A stretch of 64,000 nt of DNA. It comes from Patescibacteria group bacterium. GTDB lineage: Bacteria > Patescibacteriota > Patescibacteriia > UBA1558 > S5-K13. The stretch is taken from contig JAQUXC010000004.1 in assembly GCA_028692545.1 (NCBI GenBank), positions 630-64,629 of the forward strand, read 5' to 3'. The notes under the pieces are model-generated. The model ran no database searches and was not told the DNA's origin. It saw only the letters and a program-made list of their open reading frames with translations. The position numbers and the translations under genes were made by a program. This document shows, piece after piece, positions 27,580 to 38,342 of the stretch. Position 1 is the stretch's first letter; the number at the start of each line of letters is the position of its first letter.

Positions 27580-29403
27580 TTATATATTAATTTGTTCCTT
27601 ATATTTATTTTCCAAATCTGACCAATCAATAAATTTATCAAAAAATTTATTTATTTCAGATTCATTCATATGTCTTAATTTATTTGCATTTGAAATAAAT
27701 GGAAACAAATATATTTTATAATCATCAAGGTTTTTTAAATCTATTGAAATTCCAACTGATAATCCCTCTTGAGTGTCGTATGAAAAATATTGATCAAATA
27801 TAAAATTTCCAAGTGAATAAAATATTGGTTTATTTTTGTATATTTCCATGCCCTGTACTACATGTGGATGATGACCAATTATCATATCTGCACCATTGTC
27901 AATAAAAGAATGTGCAATCTGTTGTTGCAACGCACTATTTATATGAGTATATTCTGTACCCCAATGTACATTTACTATTACAATATCAGAATTACTTTTT
28001 AGATTTTTTATTTCCTCAATTGCTTTTGCACTATCAAATGTTCCATACACCATACTAAAACCAGCTGTTCCTATTTTGCAATTTCCTATATTTATAATTT
28101 TTGAACAATTTGTAGCTTCTTTGTCAGGACAACCAGAATAATTGAAATTCAACTTATCTAAATTTTTGTAAGTTTCTTCGAGTCCAATTCTACCTTGATC
28201 TGTAATGTGATTATTTGAAATATTAAAAAAATTGAAATTATAATCATGCAATTTGTTTACCAAATTTGGATCAAATGCAAAATCATATGCAACTGTAGGA
28301 CTATAATGATTTCCGTTATCAGTAACAGCGCCTTCCAAATTCAAAGATACAAAATCCAATCCTTTAAAAAATCTATTTTCTTCACCACCAGAAAAATCTT
28401 TTAATATATAATCTAAATCAGAATTTTTTATTTTTGTTTTTACATTTCTATCAAGCATCACATCTCCAAAAAACAAAAAGTTTAAAACATTGTTATTTAA
28501 TTTTTCACCACGCATAAAATAAAAAATATTATGACTTGTAGTCTCTACATATTTTTTTCCTATCAAAGTTCCTGAATCTGTAGAAAATAATAATTCTGAT
28601 TTTTGTAATTTGTTTAATTCCAAATATTTCAAAAGCAAATATGCTGATGGTGGTGAATCTATTTCCATTTGATAAATTCTATCAAAATCAAAGCTACTTA
28701 TTATAGAATTGCTTCTAGTATCGTGAAAATTGGCTGTATTTGAGCTCTGGTAATGCGAAAAGTCAATACTGGATATAAACAGCACTTCATCTATGTTTAC
28801 GCTATTTGTGATAGTTGTGGCTAGTTGCGTTAGTTCTTCTTCAGTTGTACCTAATTTTACTATTATTGGGACTATTTTTGTATTTGGAAAAGAATATTTT
28901 ATGAATGATACAAGTCCTGAAATAGAATGTTCACTATCAAATGGACTCTCACTTATTTCCAAATTCAATTTTTTTATTAGTTTTGAGTCTGGTTCTATAT
29001 TTCCATAAGGAGTAATCCACATAGCATTCGAAGCTATAATATTATTTTTTCCATTATCAAAATGATTCGGTCCAACAAGAATAATAGTTTTGTAATTTTC
29101 ATTTTTTATTCCTTCAAAAAAACTTGCAATTTTATCTTTTACTATTAAGTGATGTGGAATAATTCCACCATAAACCTTAGTTTCAGGATTTTTTGTTTGA
29201 TCTTTTGCATTGTTATAAGCTTCATCAAAAAAATCCTTATTCATAAAATACGAATAATGTTTTTCCAAATCAAAATTATCTATATTTTTAAAAGTTTTAG
29301 TCAAATCAATACTACTTACATTTTTAGATAATATAAATATTAACCCTGTTTGTACAACAAACAGGGTTAATAATATAAAAATAATTTTTTTTATTTTTGA
29401 CAT
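27580..29403 (-). CDS. Membrane-anchored fusion protein: MEMO1/AmmeMemoRadiSam-B-like N-terminal domain plus CapA/PgsA-type metallophosphoesterase C-terminal domain
   Basis: N-terminal TM; GGIIPHHLIV...LVGPNHF...EHSISGLVSF (Memo-like); GHHPHVVQG...YSLGNFIFDQ (CapA family). Confidence 0.65.
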   Translation of the reverse strand: MSKIKKIIFILLTLFVVQTGLIFILSKNVSSIDLTKTFKNIDNFDLEKHYSYFMNKDFFDEAYNNAKDQTKNPETKVYGGIIPHHLIVKDKIASFFEGIKNENYKTIILVGPNHFDNGKNNIIASNAMWITPYGNIEPDSKLIKKLNLEISESPFDSEHSISGLVSFIKYSFPNTKIVPIIVKLGTTEEELTQLATTITNSVNIDEVLFISSIDFSHYQSSNTANFHDTRSNSIISSFDFDRIYQMEIDSPPSAYLLLKYLELNKLQKSELLFSTDSGTLIGKKYVETTSHNIFYFMRGEKLNNNVLNFLFFGDVMLDRNVKTKIKNSDLDYILKDFSGGEENRFFKGLDFVSLNLEGAVTDNGNHYSPTVAYDFAFDPNLVNKLHDYNFNFFNISNNHITDQGRIGLEETYKNLDKLNFNYSGCPDKEATNCSKIINIGNCKIGTAGFSMVYGTFDSAKAIEEIKNLKSNSDIVIVNVHWGTEYTHINSALQQQIAHSFIDNGADMIIGHHPHVVQGMEIYKNKPIFYSLGNFIFDQYFSYDTQEGLSVGISIDLKNLDDYKIYLFPFISNANKLRHMNESEINKFFDKFIDWSDLENKYKEQINI

Positions 29404-29408
29404 AATTA

Positions 29409-31214
29409 TTATTTATGCAAAGCTCCGCCCCACTCTACAACAGTAAATCCTCTTCTTACAGTATTTTTTATAGTTTGAGGTGCAATATTTACATAATTAT
29501 CTAATCCTTCAAAATCCATAAACACTCTTATTATTGTATCTGGTTTTGGTTCTATACTAAGTGGAGCCAATTTATCAAACTGTTCTTGTGGAACAAATGT
29601 TATAAAATAATAATTTTTTTCTTCCATTTTTGGAAGCCAAAATTCTATAAATTCATTATATTCTTTTTCTATAAGACCAAATTGTGATAATTTATCTTTT
29701 AAGAATTGTTCTACATTTGCTTTTGCTACTACAAATCCAGTTTTTGGTCTTTCATAATTCATACCATGACCTTCCCAAAACAAATATGGATAAACCGTTT
29801 TGTCACTATAATTATACAATTCACTATCTTTTGTTGCTCTCACATACCAACCATTATTATAATCTGGTTCTGTTATAGTAAATCCTCCGGTTGGAGCTAC
29901 TTTTACTGATACATTTGTAGTTTTTGTAGGATACAAATATATAACTGGTTTTCCACATTCTACTGCTGGTAAATATTTTGCATCACGAAATTCTATGAAT
30001 TTTCCAAATGGATCTTTCCAAAATATAAGTGGTCTATTGCTCAAAAATTCTTCAAAAGATATTTTCTCATTCTGTGTCTGAGTTTGTGAATTATAGCCAG
30101 GATAATACTGGTCATACATTACTTTTAATATATCCTTAAAATTAGAATCTCTTAACCCATAAATAGAATCACCCGTTGAAGTTTTTCCTATTTCTTTAAT
30201 ATCATTATCACTTATATAATTTACATAATTATAACATCCACTTGCACCGCAACCAGTCATAGCTTTAAAAATATATTCATTTGTATTTTTTGAACTATTA
30301 GTCCATGTAATGTCCAATTTATAAGGGATAGCATGTGCTGGTTGACTGTCACCCTTTTGACCTAAAAATTTTAAGTCAAATGAATATTCTCTTACAGTTC
30401 CGTCATTAGCACGTGCTATAAAACAATTACTGGTTTTATCTTTGTAAATATAATCCTTATCATTATATTTGAAAAGTTTTTCTGGATTATCATAACTCGT
30501 CATTAATTTAAATGGTTCACTATCTGTTTTTTTCAAAACAAAACTTGAATCAGGAATATTTATAGTTTCCAAAACTCCAAAATTGGCAATACTAATATTA
30601 TTATTTACAATAAAAAATTTCTGATAAAATTCATCTAATTGATCAGAATTCTTACCAATAACTATTAAATCATCATTATCTTTTATAACTCTAAGCATTT
30701 GCACTCTTATAGGTCCCTCTGGCTGAAATGTAACAATATACAAATCATTTCCAGTATAACTACCTTCTATAATTTTACCAACCTTGAGTACACTAAAACT
30801 ACTTATAAGATTACTTATATTTTCGTCTGTATTTTTGAAAAATTCATCATCTTTTAAAAAATCCTGCATTTTTTGGTAATTAAATATATCCCATCCAGTT
30901 TTTGAGGCAGGCCATTCACTCCATTCAATTAAAATTTCTCCATCTTTCAATGCAACCTCTTCTGTTGTAGTAGTTGAGTTATCAATATTATTAAGATTTT
31001 CTTCTTGGATTATATTTTCTACTTTCTTTATACTCTCATCAATTCTCTTTTCTTTTACATTTTTGAAAATATAATAAAAAGCACCTGCATTACCAATAAA
31101 TAAAAGAGATACAACAATAATAAGTATATACTTCGTAAAATTATTATTTGGTTTCATTTCTCGATCAGGATCGAGAGATGTATTTTGTTCTAAATTATTT
31201 TCTTCTTCGTACAT
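29409..31214 (-). CDS. Hypothetical membrane-anchored protein (601 aa)
   Basis: Single N-terminal TM (YILIIVVSLLFIGNAGAFYYIF); large extracytoplasmic domain. Confidence 0.55.
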   Translation of the reverse strand: MYEEENNLEQNTSLDPDREMKPNNNFTKYILIIVVSLLFIGNAGAFYYIFKNVKEKRIDESIKKVENIIQEENLNNIDNSTTTTEEVALKDGEILIEWSEWPASKTGWDIFNYQKMQDFLKDDEFFKNTDENISNLISSFSVLKVGKIIEGSYTGNDLYIVTFQPEGPIRVQMLRVIKDNDDLIVIGKNSDQLDEFYQKFFIVNNNISIANFGVLETINIPDSSFVLKKTDSEPFKLMTSYDNPEKLFKYNDKDYIYKDKTSNCFIARANDGTVREYSFDLKFLGQKGDSQPAHAIPYKLDITWTNSSKNTNEYIFKAMTGCGASGCYNYVNYISDNDIKEIGKTSTGDSIYGLRDSNFKDILKVMYDQYYPGYNSQTQTQNEKISFEEFLSNRPLIFWKDPFGKFIEFRDAKYLPAVECGKPVIYLYPTKTTNVSVKVAPTGGFTITEPDYNNGWYVRATKDSELYNYSDKTVYPYLFWEGHGMNYERPKTGFVVAKANVEQFLKDKLSQFGLIEKEYNEFIEFWLPKMEEKNYYFITFVPQEQFDKLAPLSIEPKPDTIIRVFMDFEGLDNYVNIAPQTIKNTVRRGFTVVEWGGALHK

Positions 31215-31346
31215 ATTTTTCTTGTTCAGTCTTTATGACTGGATTATTTAATTAAAATTAGTATGTGAATTGAACAGTAGAAAGTATTTTATCAATTATT
31301 AATTTTGATGATTCATCAAAGGTACTCATTAAAATTATTACATATT

Positions 31347-32711
31347 TTATTTAATCCTAATCGTAGGTTGAACAAACTCTTGAATTAAATCACAACCATG
31401 TGGACGTCCAGAACCATCATCGAATCCACTACCACAACTGGACATAAATAAAAGATATTTTCCTGAAAATAATAATGGATATTTTTCTTCACCCGCCGAG
31501 CAAACACCAAAATCTTTTTGAAAATCATCCATATTTTCATAATCAAATTTGTTTTGTATTACTCTAACAACCCAAACACCAGGTTCTTGAGTTATACCAT
31601 TATATTCAAATATGTACTCTATGCCTAAATCTTCATTAGAATATCTAGATAAAACATTTTGAAAATATTCCTTAGTTTTATCTGTATCACACCTATTGGA
31701 ATATAATTCATCGGCAGTAAATTTTTCCAAGACTTTAAATTCTTGTTTGGAAACTTTATCAAAAAGCTCATTATTATTTGTATATGTAAATGGTTCCAAT
31801 TTTATATAAAAAGTTTCAATAATATCATCTATCATTTTTTTGAATTCTTGATCAGTTTTTGTATTTCCTGATGCATTTGCCCTGACCTCATAATAACCAT
31901 CTTCAACCTGATATCTTGCAATTATACGCATTGTATGTTTTTGATTTTTCATAGAAATCCATCCAGAAAAACTACCATTTTCATATAACTGAGCATTAGA
32001 TTCATTTTTTATTTCATTAAAAATCATTTCCGAATATTTTCCTTGTACTTCACTATAACTATAGGTATTAGCTAAATTTTGTGGCACAAATCCAAAATTA
32101 ATATTAATTCCATCATCTAACGCATATTGTCTAGAATATACCTTGCCACACTGACCTACAAGAACGTTTCCTCCATAATCTTTATTTTCAGATAAGGTCC
32201 ATCCACCTGGACAAACAAATGAAAATTTATCTGAATTTTTATATATATTTTCCCCCATTTCAATCTTATTAAGATTTTCATTTGTTACTCCTAAAGATAA
32301 TTTTCTAAATAAATCCATCAAATTTACCCAAGTTACCTCATGTCTTTTATAATCAGAAGGAGATACATACCAAATTCTTCCCTTGTCTTGTACTTGAAGT
32401 AAAAATTTTCCACTTAATCTTTTTGCTAAATTATGAATAGGTGTTTTTGAATTTGGTAATGGCATACTTTCTAAATCAGCATTATTAATTCCTAGCGAAA
32501 ATCTTTGAAATAATGATAATGCATTTTCAAAAGTTACTTCATATCTTTTTCCATCTGTTTGATTTACGTACCAAATTCTTCCCTTGTCTTCAACAGCTAA
32601 AAGTAATTTCCCTTTTAGTTTGTTTGTTAATGCTTGATCATAATTTGTCGCAGAAACAAAAGTTATACCGAGTAAAATTACTACCAAACTTACAAAAAAT
32701 ATTTTTTTCAT
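31347..32711 (-). CDS. Secreted hypothetical protein with two about 60-aa tandem repeats
   Basis: Signal peptide; repeats GKLLLAVEDKGRIWYVNQTDGKRYEVT...LFQRFSLGI and GKFLLQVQDKGRIWYVSPSDYKRHEVT...LFRKLSLGV. Confidence 0.55.
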   Translation of the reverse strand: MKKIFFVSLVVILLGITFVSATNYDQALTNKLKGKLLLAVEDKGRIWYVNQTDGKRYEVTFENALSLFQRFSLGINNADLESMPLPNSKTPIHNLAKRLSGKFLLQVQDKGRIWYVSPSDYKRHEVTWVNLMDLFRKLSLGVTNENLNKIEMGENIYKNSDKFSFVCPGGWTLSENKDYGGNVLVGQCGKVYSRQYALDDGININFGFVPQNLANTYSYSEVQGKYSEMIFNEIKNESNAQLYENGSFSGWISMKNQKHTMRIIARYQVEDGYYEVRANASGNTKTDQEFKKMIDDIIETFYIKLEPFTYTNNNELFDKVSKQEFKVLEKFTADELYSNRCDTDKTKEYFQNVLSRYSNEDLGIEYIFEYNGITQEPGVWVVRVIQNKFDYENMDDFQKDFGVCSAGEEKYPLLFSGKYLLFMSSCGSGFDDGSGRPHGCDLIQEFVQPTIRIK

Positions 32712-32765
32712 AACATTATACTTATCCCAAAAGATAAGATTAATTATTTGTTAATTACTTATTTA

Positions 32766-34367
32766 TTATACAAGCTCCCCTCCAAAATTATCAAGTAAAT
32801 TATTTAAATTATTATTATCTTCCATGCTTGTATCTGTATAAATATCTTTTATTATTTTTTTGCGATTTTCTTCATAATCCTTATCTATATCTCCATCTAT
32901 AAAAACTTTTGTACCAACTATACCAGAAAGTGTATCCTCTATCACTTGTTTGAAGCTCATTATTCTATCCAAATGAAATTTGAACTGAAATCCTATAGTT
33001 AATTTATTATTTTCCAAACATATAGGATGTCCTGACTTTACAAAAGCTGATAGAGAATGATTACAATCTTTTAAATTTATAAGTAATTGTGGCCAAGCTT
33101 TTGTTATATCTTCTATATTTATATTTTTATTGTTTTTTGTTTCTTTGAAGACAATATCATTTTCATCATTTGATTCCTTTATACTTGATTCTATAAAAGA
33201 TTGTTTTTTTGTGATAGGTTTTATAACTTCTTCTTTTTTAAAACTTATAACTTTTGATTCATAATCTGCATTATCAAAAAATTTATTTTTTATAGATACT
33301 ATTGCCATTTCAAGTGGGAGTTGTTTAAATCTGTCATTATTTAATTCATTAAAAACAGAAAAAAATTCTTTTAATATTCCATACCAAATTTTGAGATCTA
33401 ATTTTTGAGATTGTTCTATAATTTTTTCTTCTATATTTTTATCTACATCCCACAAATATTTTTCTGATACTCCAGACATTTTTACAAGTATTACTTTTCT
33501 AATATAATTTATAAGTTCTTCTGTAAAATAATTCAAATTTACTCCATCTGAGACAAGTGAATCTAAAACCTTTATTGCAAAATCGAATTTTTGAGAAATT
33601 ATATCATCGACAAGATGGGTAATAGATTCAAAATCTGATTTTGGCAATATCAAACTAGCAGTGTCAGAATTTACTTCATTGTTTTCTGAAAGAGATAAAA
33701 TTTGCCCAAGTATTGAAAGTGCATCTCTTGCATAACCACCACTTCTCCTTGCTATTTTTTCTATTATATCATTATCTACTTTTATATTTTCTTTTACACA
33801 AACATCTTTTAAGTGAGTTTTTAATTTTTCAATAGGTATTACTTTGAAATCAAATTTTTGACATCTTGATATTATAGTTAGTGGTAGTTTATGAAATTCT
33901 GTTGTAGCTAGAATAAAAATAACATGTTTTGGAGGTTCTTCTAATGTTTTTAGTAGTGCATTAAAAGCTTCTACTGTAAGCATATGTACCTCATCTATTA
34001 TAAATATTTTATATTTATTTTTTGAGGGAGAATATCTCACCATTTCACGAAGCTCTCTTATTTCATTTATACCTCTATTTGAAGCAGCATCTATTTCTAT
34101 CAAATCCAAATTATTACCATTTATGACTGATATACAATTTTCACATTCATTACATGGTTCAAAATCTTTTCTATTTGTGCAATTTACAGATTTGGCTAAA
34201 ATTCTTGCTATTGTTGTTTTTCCTATTCCTCTTGGTCCAGAGAATAAATAAGCATGAGATATTTTGTCATTTAGAATTTCATTTTCTAAAGTTATTTTTA
34301 TATGTTCCTGACCTATTACCTCAGAGAATGTATTTGGTCTATATTTTCTATATAAAGTTTTTGACAT
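32766..34367 (-). CDS. dnaX: DNA polymerase III subunit gamma/tau
   Basis: YRPNTFSEVIGQEH...YLFSGPRGIGKTT, Zn-module Cys cluster, DEVH box. Confidence 0.9.
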   Translation of the reverse strand: MSKTLYRKYRPNTFSEVIGQEHIKITLENEILNDKISHAYLFSGPRGIGKTTIARILAKSVNCTNRKDFEPCNECENCISVINGNNLDLIEIDAASNRGINEIRELREMVRYSPSKNKYKIFIIDEVHMLTVEAFNALLKTLEEPPKHVIFILATTEFHKLPLTIISRCQKFDFKVIPIEKLKTHLKDVCVKENIKVDNDIIEKIARRSGGYARDALSILGQILSLSENNEVNSDTASLILPKSDFESITHLVDDIISQKFDFAIKVLDSLVSDGVNLNYFTEELINYIRKVILVKMSGVSEKYLWDVDKNIEEKIIEQSQKLDLKIWYGILKEFFSVFNELNNDRFKQLPLEMAIVSIKNKFFDNADYESKVISFKKEEVIKPITKKQSFIESSIKESNDENDIVFKETKNNKNINIEDITKAWPQLLINLKDCNHSLSAFVKSGHPICLENNKLTIGFQFKFHLDRIMSFKQVIEDTLSGIVGTKVFIDGDIDKDYEENRKKIIKDIYTDTSMEDNNNLNNLLDNFGGELV

Positions 34368-34431
34368 TTATTTGAAATTTAATTAAAAACCACCAGCAAA
34401 GCTGATGGATGATGATAATTTTTATTTGATA

Positions 34432-35094
34432 TTATATTAAATCTACATTATCAAATATTTTATCTTCTGAATCATCTTCTACTTCATCAACTTTTTCAAA
34501 ATCCGAATTATCAATTGAATAATTTATAGAATTAATTTGATTTTGATTATTTGCATTTATAATATTTTCAACAGCAGCCCATATTGATTCTCCGTCTTTT
34601 GGAACAAGTATTATAACATCATCACCATTATTACCATGAAAATAAGTGACACTTGCCTTTATAACGTTATATTCTCTATCACTTCCTGTTATTACTTTAT
34701 AATCACCAGTTATTAAATCTTGAACCAATCTACCTTTTACTCTTTTTCTATCTATTGGACCTATTTGTTTATAAACAAAACTTCCATCTTCTTTTATTAC
34801 TAATTTTAATATATCTCCTTCTACCAATTTTGATTTTGAACAATAGTTTGCTGGAATGGAATATTTTTTACCATCTGGTCCAATCATTTGCTGTCCATCA
34901 AAAACACCTTCTATAACCTTACTCGTACCTTCCATTGTTTCAGATCCAAAAGTTTTTGCTTTTTCACTAAAATTATTGAAATCAACATCATCATTTATAT
35001 CCACTCCTATTTCATTAAAAAGTGATTTTGCTTTATTAATTTCTAACTCTATTTTAGCTATTATATTTCTCAATTCTTCAAATTTGTTAAACAT
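34432..35094 (-). CDS. Hypothetical protein with acidic C-terminus
   Basis: ORF only; weak terminator-like hairpin downstream (ccatcagc-ttt-gctggtgg followed by T5). Confidence 0.5.
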   Translation of the reverse strand: MFNKFEELRNIIAKIELEINKAKSLFNEIGVDINDDVDFNNFSEKAKTFGSETMEGTSKVIEGVFDGQQMIGPDGKKYSIPANYCSKSKLVEGDILKLVIKEDGSFVYKQIGPIDRKRVKGRLVQDLITGDYKVITGSDREYNVIKASVTYFHGNNGDDVIILVPKDGESIWAAVENIINANNQNQINSINYSIDNSDFEKVDEVEDDSEDKIFDNVDLI

Positions 35095-35178
35095 TTTTAT
35101 TTTTATTTAATGATTTTTATTTTATTTTATTTTAATAGAATAATTATACAATAGTTTATTAAAAAAAGAAATGAATAT

Positions 35179-37698
35179 TTAAGCAACATCCATGTCACTT
35201 GAAATAGATCCACCTATTGTCATTATTCTATTTTTAATTTCATTTTCTATAATTACTCTATCTCTTCCATATTTTAATCTTGATAATTCTTTTATTTCTT
35301 TAACAAATTGTTCTTTTGGTTCATCTCTTTTTATAGTCATCATAGAAAATGCAGGTGGATTATAATTATCTATCAAAAGCTTTATATATGCATTATAAGC
35401 TGGAACATTTACAAGGTCATATTCACTAAAAATAGGAGCAAATTGTTTTGCCACAATTTCTGCATCTTTCACACCTATTCTAAAACTCACAAATGTTCCT
35501 ACGTTTCCAAAAACAGCATCTTTTATTCTCTCATCGCCCTTTTCTATAAGTTGCGTTATGTACTGATGAGCTATAACAAGATTTAATTTATATTTCCTAG
35601 CTTCAGACAATATTACAGCAATACTATCTGTAATAAAATTCTGGAACTCATCTATATATAAATAAAAATTATGACGATTTTCTTCAGAAGTATCAACTCT
35701 CGAAAGTGCTGACATTAAAATTTTTCCAACAAAAACCATACCTATCAAACTACTATTAAGTTCGCCAATTTTACCTTTTGAAAGATTTATTAGTAAAATC
35801 TTTTTTTCATCTATTATTTTTCTAAAATTAAATGAACTTTTTTGTTGAGAAATAATAGGACGCATAACATCGTTTGTAATAAATGGTGTAAGTTTACTAG
35901 TAATATATGGTACCATATTTGCAAGTGCTGCTTCTCCGCCTGCTTTTTGTGCTTGTTTTTCCCAAAAATCTCTTACTAAATAATCTTTACATTTTGATAA
36001 TTTGTATTTTCTAAAATCCTCATCAGCAAGTACTCTAGGAATTTCCAAAAGTGTAGAACCTGATTCAGGATCCTCCATTACAAGAAGCATTGCATTTCTC
36101 ATATATTGTTCAAACATTGGTCCACCAGTAGCCTTTAGATCATATAATTTATCAAAAATCTTTATCATTTCATTTATAACAAAAGTTTTCTGATCTTGCG
36201 TGTCAAATTCAAGCATGTTTACCCCAAGTGGTCTCTCTGTGTCAGATGGATCAAAAAGAATTACATCTTCTATTCTTTCTTTTGGTATATATTTCAAAAT
36301 TTCTTCTATCAAATCTCCGTGAGGATCTATAACACAAATACCCTCACCATTTTTTATATCTTGAATAGCCATATTAACTTGATAATAAGATTTTCCCGTA
36401 CCAGACTTTCCAATTATATACATATGCCTACTTCTATCATCTTCTTTTATTTTTATAATAGTTTCTTTATCTCTATATATATTTCTTCCAAGTGAAATAC
36501 CTACGCTTGGAATATTATTAGGAGCTCCTGATTTTTTTGCTTCAAGCCAAGATATGTTTGGAGTAGATGTTGATGACAAAGGAAGGTGATATATACTAGC
36601 TAATTCTTCTGTATTTAATATGATTCTCTGTGAATCATTAAATTTTCTGTATATAAAATCAGATATTAATGTATTTTGATTTACTTTTGATGCAAAAAAA
36701 GAATTTCCATATTCATACATATTGTATTGACTGAAAGAATTTGAAATATTATCTAAATATATTTTTGCCGTACCTTCAGTTTTTGCACTTACTATTATTC
36801 TAATATTTAAATCCAATCCAGCTTTTGAATTTTTTTCCTCAATACCTTTCAATGTTTCTTGTTCCATTTGAGATAATTTTGGTGTCTGATTTGGATCTTT
36901 CATCGCATTTTTTGATGATTCCGACTTGAATACATCAAGCAACAAATTTATAAATTGAAAAAATAAATTCATAGTAATTCCTCTTCCAAGTAATCTTCTT
37001 GCGGAAAGCAAATCTCCTGTCTTTGAAACTTTTCTAGTAAATCTACTACTTTTTTTGTGCCATCTTTTATATGAACTTCTTGCTATAATTTGAATAGCTG
37101 CTGAATCACCTATTTCTAATTTTGTAAGAGAGTTTGTTATAGAGTCAAATGGATCGAGCTCTATTTTTTTATAAGTCTTTATAGGAAATATGTAATGATT
37201 CTTTAGTCTTATAGAAGAACCAAGTACAACTCCATCTGGATTAAAAATATTATAATCTTCGACTGGTTCTATCTCTACATCAGGATAAACAGACTGTATT
37301 CTTTCTTTAAAAAAATTTATAGAATTCTCTGGTAATCCAATATAAAAATATATAAGTCCATCTAGAAGCACAACCTCCAATGAAAAATGATCAGTTCTTT
37401 TACCAATAATGGAATTTATACCTCTCTGAGCCTTCATTCCACCTAGGGTACTATACAAATTTTCTATTACCGAAATTCTTTCTTGTGTTTTTTGTTGAAA
37501 ATTTTGTATATTTTCTTTTTTTCCATCATCTGAACAAAACTTAGGAACTCTTAATTTCAATAATTTTAATTTAAATGCATTATCTATTTGAGATTTATTT
37601 ATTTTTTTTATAATAAAAAATATTATAGTAAAAAATAATACCAAAAAGATTAAAAAAATATATATAGAAATTGTGATATCACCTATTTGTAAATACAT
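35179..37698 (-). CDS. Membrane-anchored P-loop ATPase, VirD4/TraG-like (DUF87-like core plus TraG-D_C-like C-terminus)
   Basis: N-terminal TM; Walker A IIGKSGTGKSYY followed by VIDPHGDL; Walker B YLYIDEFQNF; SEARKYKLNLVIAHQYITQL block. Confidence 0.6.
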   Translation of the reverse strand: MYLQIGDITISIYIFLIFLVLFFTIIFFIIKKINKSQIDNAFKLKLLKLRVPKFCSDDGKKENIQNFQQKTQERISVIENLYSTLGGMKAQRGINSIIGKRTDHFSLEVVLLDGLIYFYIGLPENSINFFKERIQSVYPDVEIEPVEDYNIFNPDGVVLGSSIRLKNHYIFPIKTYKKIELDPFDSITNSLTKLEIGDSAAIQIIARSSYKRWHKKSSRFTRKVSKTGDLLSARRLLGRGITMNLFFQFINLLLDVFKSESSKNAMKDPNQTPKLSQMEQETLKGIEEKNSKAGLDLNIRIIVSAKTEGTAKIYLDNISNSFSQYNMYEYGNSFFASKVNQNTLISDFIYRKFNDSQRIILNTEELASIYHLPLSSTSTPNISWLEAKKSGAPNNIPSVGISLGRNIYRDKETIIKIKEDDRSRHMYIIGKSGTGKSYYQVNMAIQDIKNGEGICVIDPHGDLIEEILKYIPKERIEDVILFDPSDTERPLGVNMLEFDTQDQKTFVINEMIKIFDKLYDLKATGGPMFEQYMRNAMLLVMEDPESGSTLLEIPRVLADEDFRKYKLSKCKDYLVRDFWEKQAQKAGGEAALANMVPYITSKLTPFITNDVMRPIISQQKSSFNFRKIIDEKKILLINLSKGKIGELNSSLIGMVFVGKILMSALSRVDTSEENRHNFYLYIDEFQNFITDSIAVILSEARKYKLNLVIAHQYITQLIEKGDERIKDAVFGNVGTFVSFRIGVKDAEIVAKQFAPIFSEYDLVNVPAYNAYIKLLIDNYNPPAFSMMTIKRDEPKEQFVKEIKELSRLKYGRDRVIIENEIKNRIMTIGGSISSDMDVA

Positions 37699-38211
37699 TT
37701 ATTTTTTGTTTTCCTTGCATACTGGCAAGTTGTTTAATTCTAATATTTTATCTGTTTTTATTTTTGCAGTCTGTTTCACAAAAAATTTATTTACTTTTGG
37801 AACAACATTTAGCCAATCAATAATTAATCCTATAATTTTTTTTACTTTTACCTTAACATCTTTCAAAAGTATAGATATTTTATTAGCAGTTTCTTCTCCC
37901 TTTTCTTTGAATTCCAATTTTTTATCTTCTGGCATATTCATATAAAACTCAGACAAACCTTCTTCTAATATATTTTCTATTTTCTTTGATAGAACCTCAT
38001 CATAAACTTTTATATCTTGTACTAGAACGGTTGTAGATAAATCATCTGATACATTCTTGCTAACATTTGGTTTTTCTTTATTTTCTTCTCTTGTTTTTTC
38101 TTGTTCTTTTTCGATTATATTGTCTATATTAGAATCATGTTCCAATATTTTTCCAAGATCTATATTTATTTTTTCTTGAGAACCAATCTCTATTTTTTCT
38201 TTTTCTACCAT
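37699..38211 (-). CDS. Lys/Glu-rich hypothetical protein, translationally coupled upstream of the ATPase
   Basis: Its stop abuts the start of 35179-37698; low-complexity charged sequence. Confidence 0.45.
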   Translation of the reverse strand: MVEKEKIEIGSQEKINIDLGKILEHDSNIDNIIEKEQEKTREENKEKPNVSKNVSDDLSTTVLVQDIKVYDEVLSKKIENILEEGLSEFYMNMPEDKKLEFKEKGEETANKISILLKDVKVKVKKIIGLIIDWLNVVPKVNKFFVKQTAKIKTDKILELNNLPVCKENKK

Positions 38212-38342
38212 ACTAATAAATTAATAAATAATTAAATATATTATAACACATTTTACAATCATTAACATACAATGATATAATATATCCAATAATAAATAAT
38301 ATTTTGCTAGAAGCTGAAAACTAATGGCTAAAAACTAATAAT

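Noticed and set aside
34432-35094. Gene after dnaX as YbaB/EbfC
   Set aside because: At 220 aa, with no YbaB-like sequence features, it is left as hypothetical.
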